A DNA stretch of 59,235 nt, the filler included, from Dirinaria sp. TL-2023a (lineage: Eukaryota): assembly GCA_051941275.1 (NCBI GenBank). It is 4 parts of 4 records of this genome, joined end to end, with 100 filler letters (N's around TTAATTAATTAA, not from the genome) between each part and the next. Parts side by side here need not be neighbours in the genome. Positions count along the whole stretch, not along the records: positions 1 to 14,744 come from JAVEBF010000586.1; positions 14,845 to 29,579 come from JAVEBF010000587.1; 2 more parts are not named here. One strand, given 5' to 3'. The position numbers were made by a program, and so were the translations under genes. This document shows positions 1 to 15,298 of this stretch, one piece after another. Numbering within the stretch: the stretch's first letter is position 1; every line of letters starts with the position of its first letter. The notes below the pieces were generated by a model. That model was not told the DNA's origin, searched no databases, and saw only the letters and a program-made list of their open reading frames with translations.

Positions 1-3
1 TAG

Positions 4-326
4 CTGTGACTGACGACGATATACTGCGCGCTGTCAAGTCGCTCAAGCCGTTAGGGTCAGGTTTCTCGGTCGTGGAGATTGGCAGCAAGCAGATGATCCG
101 ATCCGTCCCCAAGGAGCTGAACCCCGATCAAGCCACTGTCCTGGAGGCTATTCAAGTCCTTGGCTACGTGACCTACTCGATGTTGGCAGATAATTTGGGC
201 TGGGAGCATGCCAGGGCAGAAACCGTCATTCAGGATCTTCTCGCAGACTCGTTGGTCTGGATCGACACGCAAGCGCCGGAAAAGGAATACTGGTCACCTG
301 CGATGATGAACGATTCGGGAGACTGA
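4..326 (+). CDS. SNF8: ESCRT-II subunit Vps22/Snf8, 3' part (truncated at contig start)
   Basis: C-terminal winged-helix sequence DDILRAVKSLKPLGSGF..VEIGSKQMIRSVPKELNPDQ..VLEAIQVLGYVT..L..NLGW..RA..VI.DLLADSLVWIDTQAPEKEYW is typical of Vps22/EAP30. TAG at 1-3 may be an intron acceptor. Confidence 0.9.
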
Positions 327-361
327 GGATTGATACATGTTACCTATGAGCAATCTATCAT

Positions 362-389
362 GCGCCTGCCAGCGCCTGCCAGCGCCTGC
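362..389. repeat. Short tandem repeat (GCGCCTGCCA)x2.8
   Basis: gcgcctgcca gcgcctgcca gcgcctgc in the 154-nt gap between the convergent SNF8 and NIP1 stop codons. Confidence 0.8.
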
Positions 390-480
390 TTGCGGCATCG
401 GGCAACGCCAGATATTGGTACAGCATCTCAGAGACTATGCATGATAAGGCAGAAAACAAAGACCGTGGACGACAAGAACC

Positions 481-3231
481 TCAAGCTCTTCCCACGGCTT
501 GGCTCAGAGCGCCCCCAGTAAATTGCTGTCCACCCCGTGTCCGGCCTCCAAGACGGTCACCTCTCTGGCCTCCGCGACCACCTCGGCCACGACCACCCCT
601 ACCGCTCTGGCCGCCTTGCCTTTCGAAAGGATTTGCCATACCTTGGGTTCGCTGCTCTAGAGTTCTCTCGTTGGACTCGATGAGGGTACTGGCCTTGTCG
701 CTGAGGGTCAGTGCCAAGCCTTGAAGTCGGGACAGCTCAACGCCCTTTCGGAAGATGATGACGCTGTTGACCTGGTCTAACGCAGCTGGAAGCTCCTCAT
801 GCGATATCATCTTGCTGACAACGGCTGCGACCTTACGATTCGACAGCTCGAACATCGAGGCGAGTGTGCTAACGGCAAGCGTATCGTAGAATGAGGAATA
901 TGTGAAGAGATAAGTCCGCAGACCTTCTTCCTGTATTTGCTCGGCGAGCATGGCCTTGATTTTATCAGAGTCCGCCATTAGGTCCCATATCTTGATCGAG
1001 TTGATGAGGTCTGCAGCTTTCTTCCACTCTCCGGCGGCTAGGGCCTTCGAGGCTTGCATGACATGGTCGCGTGTGTTCTCCGGAGGTCCAGTGAATATCT
1101 GTCGCTCATGGAATTCTAAGAGCCGTCTGTACGTCTTGCTGATGACTCTCTTTCGGACGTCGGGATGTGAGGCGGTCTGTGCTAAGAGTGGGATCTCGAG
1201 TAGCATAGAGCAAGTGAGATAGACGCATTCGAGAAGCTCTAAATTAATGTGCATGTGGAATGGTAGTTGTCGCTGTCGTTCTAACCGCTCCTGCTCTGGC
1301 GTGACCTGGGAATACCGTTGGATCATGACCCCTTGAGCTAGAAGCTCCTTTTGCCTACCGCTGCCGCAGATTTCTTGTAGAGTGTTTTGCGATTCATAGA
1401 CGAGGTTCGCTCGGAAAGCGCACAGACCGACTTGCACAAGTGTACGGTTGAAGAGAATCTGGGTACTGATGTTGAAATTTGCGATTGTTTCTTGAAGATG
1501 GGACATTAGGAGCATGTCGCGAGCTTTGTAGTACTGATCATGTAGTGCGAAATAATAGACCTGGCAGAGATAGGCTCTTGCTCGGATGATGTCAAGGCTG
1601 TTCTTGAATAGGTATGTGCTCAATGTCTGCACTAACGCAGCTGTGTCTAGAGTATTGGCTCGAGGCGTTATCTCAGAATCCAAAGCCGTGGGGATCGCTT
1701 TCCAAGCGTTCTCTTCAAGGATGTTCACCACTTGCGCGGGCTATTATACGCTATGAGTCAAAACTGCCGCAAGCGGGAGTTCGAGTACTGACCTTGAAGT
1801 AAATGTGCTCAAGCCTTCTCATGACCAGTCGATTAATGTTTTCCTGAGGCACTTCGAGCGTCGTATCCTTTTTGAGGTCCTCCGTGTAAAGCAAGCCGCG
1901 AATTATGTTGGTGTATAGAGCTTGCTCATCACTCAATCTCTCGATATATTCGGCAGTGTGAGGATCAATATGCTGTAATGACCGAGTGAGCTCGTCGTCA
2001 AGACGCTCAGCAATTGACATGATGCTGCCAGGTATGCGAAGCTTCTCGCCAGCTGTCGGCTGCGGTGGCTTCTCGTCATCCTCCCATTCTTCAGCGTTTT
2101 CGAGTACGATCAGGTTGCGGTTTTCTTCCAATGTGGCAAGCAGCCTTTTATACTCGTGATCCGCACTGATGAGAGTCAGCATTAGGAGCCTATACCGTGT
2201 GTCATGGCTCAACTTACAGTTTCCATTGCTCCTGAGACATGTAGTTGGAAGATGATCCAGCTGTCAAGTCGAAGCGCGTGGAAACGAGGGTAAGAAGGAC
2301 ACGGATGGTCTGATAAGGGGTTTGGGCCACCTCAAGTAGCTTCTCCATTATGCGAATCTGCTCGGCGCGATCCGTGTTCTTCTTGCCTCGAGACTCGACA
2401 AACGACCGCAAATGCTTCAGGATACTCTCTGGCGTATACTGCAAAATCTTGCCACCCTTGCCTATTGCAGTGAACCCTTCCTCATCGCCAGGGCCAGTGC
2501 TATCAACATAGACTGCCTTCACCCTTTTTGGTTTCTCAGCTGGTACGACATCTTCCTCTTCCTCAGACATCATGTACTCGCCCTTGTCTTCCCGGTATCT
2601 CTCGATCTCGGTTGTGTATTCTTTGTTGTTCTTGCGGACCTTTTGCTTCATAGCATTCAGACCCCGAGAGTTTGTGGCGTTGAACTTTTTTGTAGAGACC
2701 TTTTGCTTTGCAAGTGTTTCATTGGTAAAATCCTCCAAGTCTGCAATAGCCTTGATATAACTCTTTGGAGGCTTGTTATCGACTATGGCTTTCGTGACTT
2801 GACGGTTGAGTTTATCGAACTCTGCGAGCAAGACTTCAGTCAACAATGCGCAGCTCCTAATACCCGCAATCAGCCAACTTACCTGTTGAGATGGTACTCC
2901 AGTCGTTGATCTTTACAGCGTTGTCTATAAGACGCTCTATGGTCTCCAGTTCCTCAAGTCGCTTATCCTTCGCGCTCCTGACAACTGTGACTTTGTCCTC
3001 ATCTTCACTCTCGTCGCTGGAGACTTGGTCTTTCAAGAATTTTGATGCACCGAACCGACCGCCATCGTCGTCGGAGGACGACTCCTCCTCATCATCCTCC
3101 TCTTCATCAGACTCATCCTCATCAGATTCTGCCTCGGACTTCTGTTCTTCTTCTTCCTCGCTGAGAGAATACTCCTCCTCATCGGAACTACTCTCGCTGG
3201 AGCTATCGCCGGTTGCAAAGAATTTGGACAT
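481..3231 (-). CDS. NIP1: Translation initiation factor eIF3 subunit c; exons 3231-2883, 2821-2218, 2165-1793, 1740-481 (861 aa)
   Basis: MSKFF plus acidic Ser-rich N-terminus, [70 protein letters not shown]-terminal PCI domain and RGG tail. Three GT-AG introns restore the frame. Confidence 0.97.
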
Positions 3232-3994
3232 GGTGGATGATTTTGAGTACGGAGGAGGTTATGCGACTTCTGATCTTCAACATTTAAAGGTTCTCTCAAT
3301 TTCAACCTGTGGCGCCAAACTTTAAGCGAGACAGTGACTCAACCGCTGCTATTGAATGCCAAGATTCATGATCCGACATTTACCCGAGGAGCCCCCTTTT
3401 GGCTCGTCCGTTTCAAAGCTCAATGAGTATCTAGTCCGACGACGTTCTTACTTCTTTGACTGTGGCGATACACTGATAAAGCATCTTGTTTTATGGCTGC
3501 TTGCGACTTGTGCCTCATAAGGAGACAACCTCGGCGAAGTACTCGACGCTATGTAATAAGTACCCGTGGCAAAATACCCCGTCAAGACACGTAGTCCCCA
3601 ACCAGCCGTAATCGTATAGAGGCAGTCGCAGCAGGGTTCTATGAACTATATACACACTCTTCCACCAAGTCCGTAGAAAGCCTGCCTGCTTGGGAGACAT
3701 TTCGCTCAACTTCCTCGTCGAGTAAGTAGGATTGCTCCGATAGCTCCTGTTTCTCCTTTGTCGACTGCTGCGTGTCAAAAGACCAACCATGTAAGGTTGA
3801 TGCTTGCGCGGTGAGACTCATAGTCGCGACCAGTAGCAACTGACGTTGCTTCAAATCATGCATTTACGTCCAACTAACGTGGTATGTAGATTTGATCCCT
3901 GGAACTCCTCCTTCCGCGCTGAAGCGCTGAACCGGGAGAAACGCATGGTAGCGTACTGATACAGTTTTCCCAAGCGATGTGGGTTTCTGCCCCT

Positions 3995-7028
<3,034 letters not shown>

Positions 7029-8355
7029 GGTGTGATGCTGAATGAGAGGAGCACTGCGCTGCCCTTTCCAGCCCAGTTCAGTCCAGTTCTTGCTCAGCAA
7101 TATTTGCTATTCGGCTAAACTGAGGCCTCTCGGGTGTGCAATCAGTCTTAGCGCCGGCGTAGCAAAGGACGTAGGTTGCAATGCTGCTTGCGCTCCACTA
7201 GAGAGACACCCTTTCAAAGGAAGTTGATACAGTTTGTTCAATGCACGGGTCCGTATGCCAATCGAACGTTGTCTGCCGGGAGTGTTTGAGTCGAGGTGTC
7301 GCAGTGACGAGCAGGGGATGGAGGCCCCGCTGAGGGAATGTGTGGCCGAACAAGTCGCTTTCCCTGTGATCTTTTGGCTACACGCGCGCAGTCCAACAAC
7401 AATGTGGATCGCAGCGCAGTGCCCTATGATTCGCGTGGGGCCTTGGTGGCTGAAGAGAAACCGAGAATTGCTGGTTCAGGACGCCAACGCAGCGAAGCCA
7501 AATTGCCGAGCCCCTCCTAACCAAGTCCACTGTTCGCTACCAACGCGTGCCATGTTCTTGAGAATGGGCCATGGAGTCAAGGCGGTGATCAGGTATCAGC
7601 CGTGTCAATAGTGAAGGACAGTTGGGAAGGATGTGGGTGAAGAGTAGGGAGGAGATGGGTCTATGCACCGCAATTGAAACAAGTAGGTAAGGTAGGCATG
7701 TAAAGTAGTAGTTAGTGTGTGGACGGCGGGAGTAAATTCGAAGTATGTATCTACTACTACAGTACTTACATCTAGTAGCCCAGAGCCCCGGCTACCGGCT
7801 CAGCATCCAGCCTAAGCGCCGGGGGGGCCTTAGGTTACAATCAGACCCTGGCTAGCTCAGATCTCACCTGTAGCTCGCCTTCTGTGACTAACAGTCCTTA
7901 ATTGACGTAATCACCCGGCCCGCCACCAGCCACTACCTAAGGTAGGCACATGTACAGTAAGGTACCTCGGGTATCACACCTTATGTATAGTTCTAGTACA
8001 TATTTACATGAGTAACCACAAGTCTCTTCCTACTACGGGATGAGAATCTCGTCTTGCTACCTTCTTTTGGCATCTTAAGTATCCCAGACCACCGCTGCCT
8101 CGGTACGGAATTTCCTCTTTGTTCGAGTGGAGCTCACTCGGTACTCTCTTTACTGCCAAACTCGGTCCACTTGGAGCGCGCTTCAGCCTACGGCGCATAC
8201 CCTCTATCGGTCTTGCAAGTGCTTCGTCCCGCTTTAGAATGCAGTCGAAGACCATGTATCAGGCCAAGGGGCCCGCTTTTTCGCATAACTCTTGTTTGCA
8301 CTTCAACTGTTTCATAATTTGAATCCGCGCCGGGTCAAGCTCGAATTCACGACAG

Positions 8356-11300
8356 ATGGACTGTAATCTGGAGAGTGCTGTAGAAAAATCTGTAAGGCAC
8401 GGGGAGGACTTTTCGATGGACGAGGTCGCAGAGCAGTCTGAGCAACATATGGGAATTACCGAGGACGAAGGACCGCGCGGGCAGCATCGTGATGGACATA
8501 TTCATGTTGACGATGAAGCTAGCCGCCTTCAAGATTTGGCAGCCGATGTCAGGGACCAGGATGACTTGGAGCGTGACGTTGGTCGTCAAGTACGGCAACT
8601 CATTCTCCCCTAACTCTATGTTGCAATACGTTCAGGCTAAATTATATCCCTCAGGCCGATCAGTTACTCATCGAACAAGCCGACGAGCGTGATCAGAAGC
8701 GACTCGAAAAGGCCCAAGTAGAGAAGAGGCATGTTTCATCTGAGTGAAGTGTCACTGCGGTTTCTTGCTTACATACTACAGCAAGCTCCTAGGCCAGGTA
8801 CAGAGACTGCAACAAAAGCTGCGGCGTCCGGCAGGTTCGGCTACCACTGCCCGCACCGCGGCCGAAATAGCACAGATGGAAGCTAGGATGGACGAGCTGG
8901 GTGACGATATCAGGCAGATACAAGAGCGGATAGCTCAACGGCATTCAGATCAGCTTGAAGATGGTGGTTCACTGCTGGAAGAGTCAGGAAACCGACGACA
9001 GCCGAATGAAAGTCAGCGTGACTTTCTTCTGAGGACTGGCAAGATCACGCCATTTTCAAAAATACCTGGACGATCCATGATGCGATCAGATTCTACGTTA
9101 CAGGGGATTTTACTCGAGGCAGAGGAGGGCCAAGATGAAGAGGATGTGACCAGCGAAATAGATGACAACAAAGATGCGCTTGAAAAGCTGTCTCATCGCA
9201 ATCTAGCACAGCCTGGTTTCGCTGGGGACGATATCAGTGAAACTGCATCTCTGCCCCCTTCAGGTTCATCCGATAGGTCAGCCAAGCGACGCCGCTTGCA
9301 GTCCGAATCCAAGCAAAATCAGCTGCCCCACAGACCAAGGTACGTAACTGACGATGCTAGGGTAGGACAGGAAGATGAAGATGAGCACGAGGGGTTGTCG
9401 GCAGATGGCGACAGTGATGCCTACTCTCCGGGGTTGAGCGATAGAGAGATTGCTGCGCTGGGAGACTCCGAGCATGCGAGCGAAGATGGGGTTGAAGAGC
9501 AAAACTTGATGCCGGATACAGACCCTCAAAGAACTAAACCACGTGGGAAACGAAAAGCAGGCAGAATCTTTGAGACAGCAGGGTCGGAGAATTTGGCGCG
9601 GCTGGACGACGGTAACGAAGAGTTCTATAAGCAAAGATTAGATGATTGGGTTCGTAGACGCAGCGCTGCTAGGGAAAGAGTCTTATCTAGACAAGCAGTA
9701 AAGGCTGGCGAAGGGGGTAGCGAAACACTGGTCGAGCTTACCGCGGACGGTACTCAGGATCAGGGTGAAGCTACTACTGAAAATGAGTGGCATTTGCCAC
9801 ATCCTACGGAACCGGATACTTTCTTCGATGGCGGATATCGTGTACCGGGCGACGTGTATCCGTCCTTGTTCAATTATCAAAAGACCGGCGTGCAGTGGTT
9901 GTGGGAATTATATTCTCAGCAAGTAGGCGGGATCGTTGGAGACGAAATGGGGTTAGGAAAGACGATACAAATCATATCCTTTCTTGCGGGCTTGCATTAC
10001 AGCCGAAAACTCACTCGGCCCATCATTGTTGTTGCACCGGCCACAGTGATGAAACAATGGGTTAGCGAGTTCCACACATGGTGGCCTGCATTTCGCGTAT
10101 CCATATTGCATACCTCCGGTAGTGGCATGATTAACATCGGCCGAGAAGCAGAGAGAGAAGGGGATCTTTTGTCAATGCAACCTGGCTCTGGTCAAAAGCC
10201 GAAGACGAAGGCTCACAAAGCTGCGAAAAGGATAGTCAATCGCGTTGTTGCAGAGGGTCATGTACTTGTCACTACCTACTCTGGGCTACAGAATTATGCC
10301 GAGCTACTGGTTCCTGTCGACTGGGAGTATGCCGTGTTGGATGAAGGACATAAGATTCGAAACCCCAACGCCGCAATCACGATCTATTGCAAAGAGCTAC
10401 GGACAGCGAACCGTATTATCCTATCCGGAACACCTATGCAAAACAATCTGGAGGAGCTATGGTCTCTTTTCGATTTTGTTTTCCCAATGCGCCTTGGAAC
10501 GCTGGTCAATTTCCGTCAGCAATTTGAGATTCCCATTCGTATAGGGGGATATGCCAACGCATCGAATCTACAAGTGCAGACTGCCATGAAGTGCGCTGAG
10601 ACATTGAAAGATACTATATCGCCCTACCTTCTCCAGCGCTTCAAGGTGGATGTTGCGTCCGATTTACCTGCCAAAAGTGAAAAGGTTCTCTTTTGTAAGC
10701 TAACCAAGCTTCAAAGGGAAATCTACGAGGGATTCTTGGATTCGGACGAGTTGAAAGCGATTATGGATGGCAAGCGCCAAGTGTTATACGGCATAGACGT
10801 TCTCCGCAAGATTTGCAATCATCCGGATCTCCAGGGCCATAAGACATTATCCAAAAAACCAGGATACCATTACGGTGACGGCGGAAAATCCGGTAAGATG
10901 CAAGTCGTGAAGGAACTATTGAAGTTGTGGAAAGAGCAGGGCCATAAAACGTTGTTGTTCGCTCAGCATCGAATCATGTTGGACATTCTTGAGACATTCA
11001 TGAACACGATGACAGGCTTCAGACACTACAGGATGGACGGCAGCACACCAATTGGGAGCCGACAAGGGCTCGTTGACGGTTTCAACAAAGATCCTGACAT
11101 CCATGTGTTTCTCTTGACCACTAAAGTCGGAGGATTAGGGATAAATCTTACTGGCGCCGACCGCGTAATCATATACGACCCCGACTGGAACCCCTCTACA
11201 GACATACAGGCCCGGGAACGGGCATGGAGGCTGGGCCAGAAGCGCGAAGTCATGATATACCGGCTAATGACTGCTGGTACGATTGAGGAAAAAATCTACC

Positions 11301-12262
11301 ACCGCCAGCTCTTCAAGACATTCCTAACCAACAAAATCCTTAGGGACCCCAAACAGCGCCAAACTTTCCAAATGAAAGACCTCCACGACTTGTTCAGCCT
11401 GGGTGGGGCCGATCAGTTGACCACTGAAACCAATGGACTTTTCAGGGGCACAGAAGTCAAATTCACCAAGGACGAGCTCCCAACCGCCGTAGCACGACCC
11501 GCGGATGGAGCTCCATTGCCTACAAGAGACGATCAGGATGCCTCTTCCATACCTAAAATGGCAGGCGTCGCATCATTGGAGCGGTATCGTGGAGAGGACC
11601 CGGCGGAGGAAGAGTCTATCGATGTCCAAGGCTCGAAGTTGGAAGCCCGAGTCATGGAAGGAATCTTCGCTCGCGCCGGCGTACATTCTGCCCTTGAGCA
11701 TGATCAAATCGTCAATGGACAACGCAAGGCCGTAGCAGATCCAAGATTGGTCGAAGCTGAGGCCAAAAAAGTCGCGGCTGAGGCGGCGAAAGAGCTGAAG
11801 AAAGCTGGGGAGCTGGCAAGGAATGTGCCAGTGGGCACGCCGACATGGACGGGTCAATATGGCTTGGCTGGAAGACCGGAGCAGCAACCGATACAGCGAG
11901 GTCTTGGTCGAGGAAGAGGGGGACCTGCTTCTTCGAGCATTCTCGCCAACCTGCAAAGCAGGCAAGCTACCAGTGCAGGGTCGAATAGCTCCAGGTCTGG
12001 TCCACTAGGCGGCCGAGACTCCCGGAGCGACACAGCAACACCGCGCGGGATGGACTTCATGAAGATGATCCGCGACTACCTGGTCACGCATGGGGGCACT
12101 GTGCATACGCAGATGCTGATCGATCACTTCAATCGGTTCTGCGACAATCCCCAGAAGACGATGGAGTTCAAAGAGATGCTGAAGGAGATCGCAACTCTTG
12201 ACAAGGGCAGTCGTGGCCGCGGGAAGTGGGTGTTGAAGGAGGAGTACCGATCATCCGGATGA
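8356..12262 (+). CDS. RAD26: Snf2-family ATPase Rad26/Rhp26/CSB (transcription-coupled repair); exons 8356-8589, 8655-8728, 8782-12262 (1262 aa)
   Basis: DQDDLERDV, RDFLLRTGKITPF, DDGNE, YQKTGVQWLWEL, GDEMGLGKT, LDEGHKIRNP, SGTPMQNNL, QARERAWRLGQ, C-terminal winged helix (IRDYL..HGG..EFKEMLKEIA..WVLKEEY). Second intron is GC-AG. Confidence 0.96.
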
Positions 12263-13048
12263 CTGTGGGATTTGGCGACTGCAATGCTGCGTCCTCGGTG
12301 TTGGAGATGGCATATCCGAGATGATGTAAAAAAGAGTCTTTCACCTACTTTAGCGTTTGCAAAGCATGGGCGCCGGGGTTGGCGGCCGTGTAAGTCTTAA
12401 GATACCCGTTTGAAAGACGAGGAATCCCATCATTCTGTCGCCGCTGCTTTTGTCGTGGCCGGAGTTCCTGCTTGAGAGATTTTAACCTTCGACATGATCT
12501 AATATGATGTTAATGTATCTGCCAGACTGCCTCCTTTAGCCTCTCAGAGATCTCCTACCTTAGTGGCAACCTAAGGAAGGTAACTAATAGTAGTAATAGT
12601 ACAGTAATAATACCACCAAATTTAGAGGTCCGGGCGTTGCTCTGCTGCGGGCCGGAAGCAACCGAACACGAACCCTTGGTGGGCCAAACACCGCTAAACC
12701 CAAACAATCCGATGCTTCGTAAGGTACCAAGGGCTAAGTAGGTACGAGTACGGAGTAGAAATAATAATAATTCCATCTTTTCTACACTACACTACCTACC
12801 ATCTCTTCCCTCATCTCTATCGTTAATGACCTCTTCCTAACCCTCTCCTACTATCCTCCTCTGTCCCTCGTTTCGTCACTCGTTATTCATTGGGAGAGAA
12901 CCAACAGCCCAAGCCCAGAACACAGGCCGCATCATTTGGCCACCATAACAATCGAAGAGATTATTAGAGGGCATTGCAGAAGAGGCGGCGCGTGCTGCAG
13001 GCATCGAGAAACACTTATTATTGCCAATACAATTGTCGTTCGTTCGAG

Positions 13049-14058
13049 ATGTCGCGATGGTGTAGACTCGTTGGACTTTTGCTCGCTTTCCTTCAGTTGG
13101 CCACCTTCGCAGCAGCACGGCCGTGGCCACCTACATTAGAGGATATCGGGGGCCTGGTCATAAGAAGAGCAGAATCAAATTCCGGTGGGTTCGAATTTGC
13201 TTCGTTGGACATTACGTGGGCTAATATACGGCTTCGCTCTACAAGCAGCAGCAGCAGCAACGACCACCGACAAAGCTAAAGCGACCGCGACCGCGAAAGC
13301 TTCAAAAACCCAAAACCCTGCTTCAGCATCTGCGACTGGCTCATCAATAACATCAGCTTCCGCATCCGAGTCAAAGTCGGCCGCACCTGGAAGTTCGACC
13401 AAGGCCCAAGCGAGCTCTGGCGCCAAGAAAACAAAAGCTGCCGCATCGAAAACCACCCAAGCGGCAAAGACAACACCAGTTGATCCTCGTCTACCAGCTG
13501 GCGGAGTCGATATGCTGACGCCTGCGTCGACCGCCCAAACGACGTATTACAAGGCTGGAGACGAGGTCACCTTTGGGTGGAATTACACATCGCTGTCAAT
13601 TCCACCACATGCGATTGACGTTTACGTGACCTGTACCGCCAACAGCGCGACATATACCATCTCCAACAACATGACCTTCCACTCGTCCGCGAAAGTGGTG
13701 TGGGACACAAAAGCCGAGCAGACAGGAGCCAACCCGCTTTTGACGGACCAGTATACGCTCGTCATCCATGATGCGGCCAAAGATGTTACTCAGGTAGCAT
13801 CTGCAGGATATCTGGGGGCATACCGGCAATTCACCTTCGGCATGTATACACCACAGCCATACGAGAACCGATCAAGTTAGTCAATCGTAAGACATCCGAT
13901 AGGATCTGAGCTGACAGGTCACAGCATGGCAATGTGCCGTATGTAGTGGTGCCATATCCGATATGGAACGACAAACTCTCAAATTCATGTTTGGCATGTG
14001 CATCATAACCATTCTCTCCTTTACATGGTTTGTCGGCGGCATCGGCCTGCTCCACTAA
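13049..14058 (+). CDS. Conserved fungal secretory-pathway membrane protein (signal peptide, Ser/Thr/Ala-rich stalk, lumenal beta domain, C-terminal TM); exons 13049-13184, ~13246-13875, 13925-14058 (~299 aa)
   Basis: Signal MSRWCRLVGLLLAFLQLATFAAA, dibasic IRR site, VDPRLPAGGVDMLTP..YYKAGDEVTFGWNYTSL..YTLVIHD..FGMYTPQPY, then WQCAVCSGA and a hydrophobic tail MFGMCIITILSFTWF. Resembles the yeast Ykl077w/Psg1-type family from memory (unverified). Confidence 0.8.
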
Positions 14059-14744
14059 GGCCGCAACACACGGGCACGAGTCATCAGCGATTGTTCTTTG
14101 CATCAATAATATCAGAGATTCTCATGCATCTTTGCGAATGGGCTGGCGTCAAAAAATTTGTGAGCTCGGACATTGGAAACGGCATTGACGGTGGGTGTAG
14201 ATCTGGGCTTTCGAATACCAACGGTAAATAATGTGAGAGAAAAGTTATTTCGTAAGCAAATAGTTTCCCAATCAACTTTGTCAATTTTTACCACTCGCAT
14301 CCTTGCAAATCACCATGTTTGCCTTTTCTTTTTTTTTGGCGTTTCTGGTTTTCCCAATTAGCCCTCCTTATCTCAATTATTCACCTCAGACCAACCATCG
14401 GTCATCTGCATTGGGCACCCATAACCCAATCTCCTCAAACCTGTGTGCTTCCGGCGGCCATCAAATACCTTCAGAACAACACATCGACATCGTTGCCCAA
14501 CGGAGCAGCGACAACAGCAACAGCAACAACAGCTTCCCCCCTCTTCTGACCCGACGAATCGATAATCCAACCGTGCAATCCGTACGACAGATATAAGTAC
14601 GCCGCGTTCGTACGCCCTTGAGGAGAGAGAGAAAAAAAGCAAAGGCGTACCACACTTCCTTACCCACTCACCCACTCACCCACTCAACCACCAGCACCAA
14701 ATCTTCCAAAATCCCAATAGGCAAAACCTTACACCTCCACCATC

Positions 14745-14844
14745 NNNNNNNNNNNNNNNNNNNNNNNNNNNNNNNNNNNNNNNNNNNNTTAATTAATTAA
14801 NNNNNNNNNNNNNNNNNNNNNNNNNNNNNNNNNNNNNNNNNNNN
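14745..14844. other. Artificial contig linker N44-TTAATTAATTAA-N44
   Basis: 100 nt. The 12-mer puts stop codons in all six frames. Identical to the other two linkers. Confidence 0.98.
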
Positions 14845-14910
14845 CCCTTGGCCCCCTCCCCTCCCTCCTCCCATTCCGGTAACTGCAAGCTCGCTTAAAG
14901 CTGCCGTCAA

Positions 14911-14919
14911 TCACGTGAC
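14911..14919. promoter_or_regulatory. TCACGTGAC, Cbf1/bHLH-type E-box upstream of the kinesin gene
   Basis: Matches RTCACGTG and lies ~380 nt upstream of the kinesin ATG. Binding is inferred only. Confidence 0.45.
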
Positions 14920-15298
14920 CATTATCCTCCATCCTCCAACCTGCTACTCCGTACTTCACTCCCGAAAGGTGCCGATAAGTGTAACTCCCTCCTTTCGACC
15001 ACGTAAACGACCTCACTCGCTCCAACATTGTCGCATCGAGCATCGTGTCGCCCTCGAGCATGAACCGCGAGTTTCCACCGCTGGATCGCAAAGCCTGGGT
15101 GGTATCTCGGACGACATCGGCTTTTCTTTGTTTTGGCGATTAGGGGGTGCTTATCAGAACCAGCAACACCACGCCCTCGCTGCTGCTCGGATCATAAATA
15201 CCCATCCAGAAAATGCGAATGTAGCTCAAGGCACGCTTCGAGAGACTCCATCGGAACCATCCGCGTCGAGTCTCTTCGATCACATTGGCTCGCGAAAC

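Noticed and set aside
7029..7100. TTG-initiated N-terminal extension of YAK1 in the ORF track
   Set aside because: Short open stretch. MDQQWQ at 7028 is the more typical start.
14789..14800. TTAATTAATTAA (PacI-like palindrome) recurring every ~14.83 kb
   Set aside because: Artificial linker inside N runs. The periodicity reflects size-sorted contigs, not biology.
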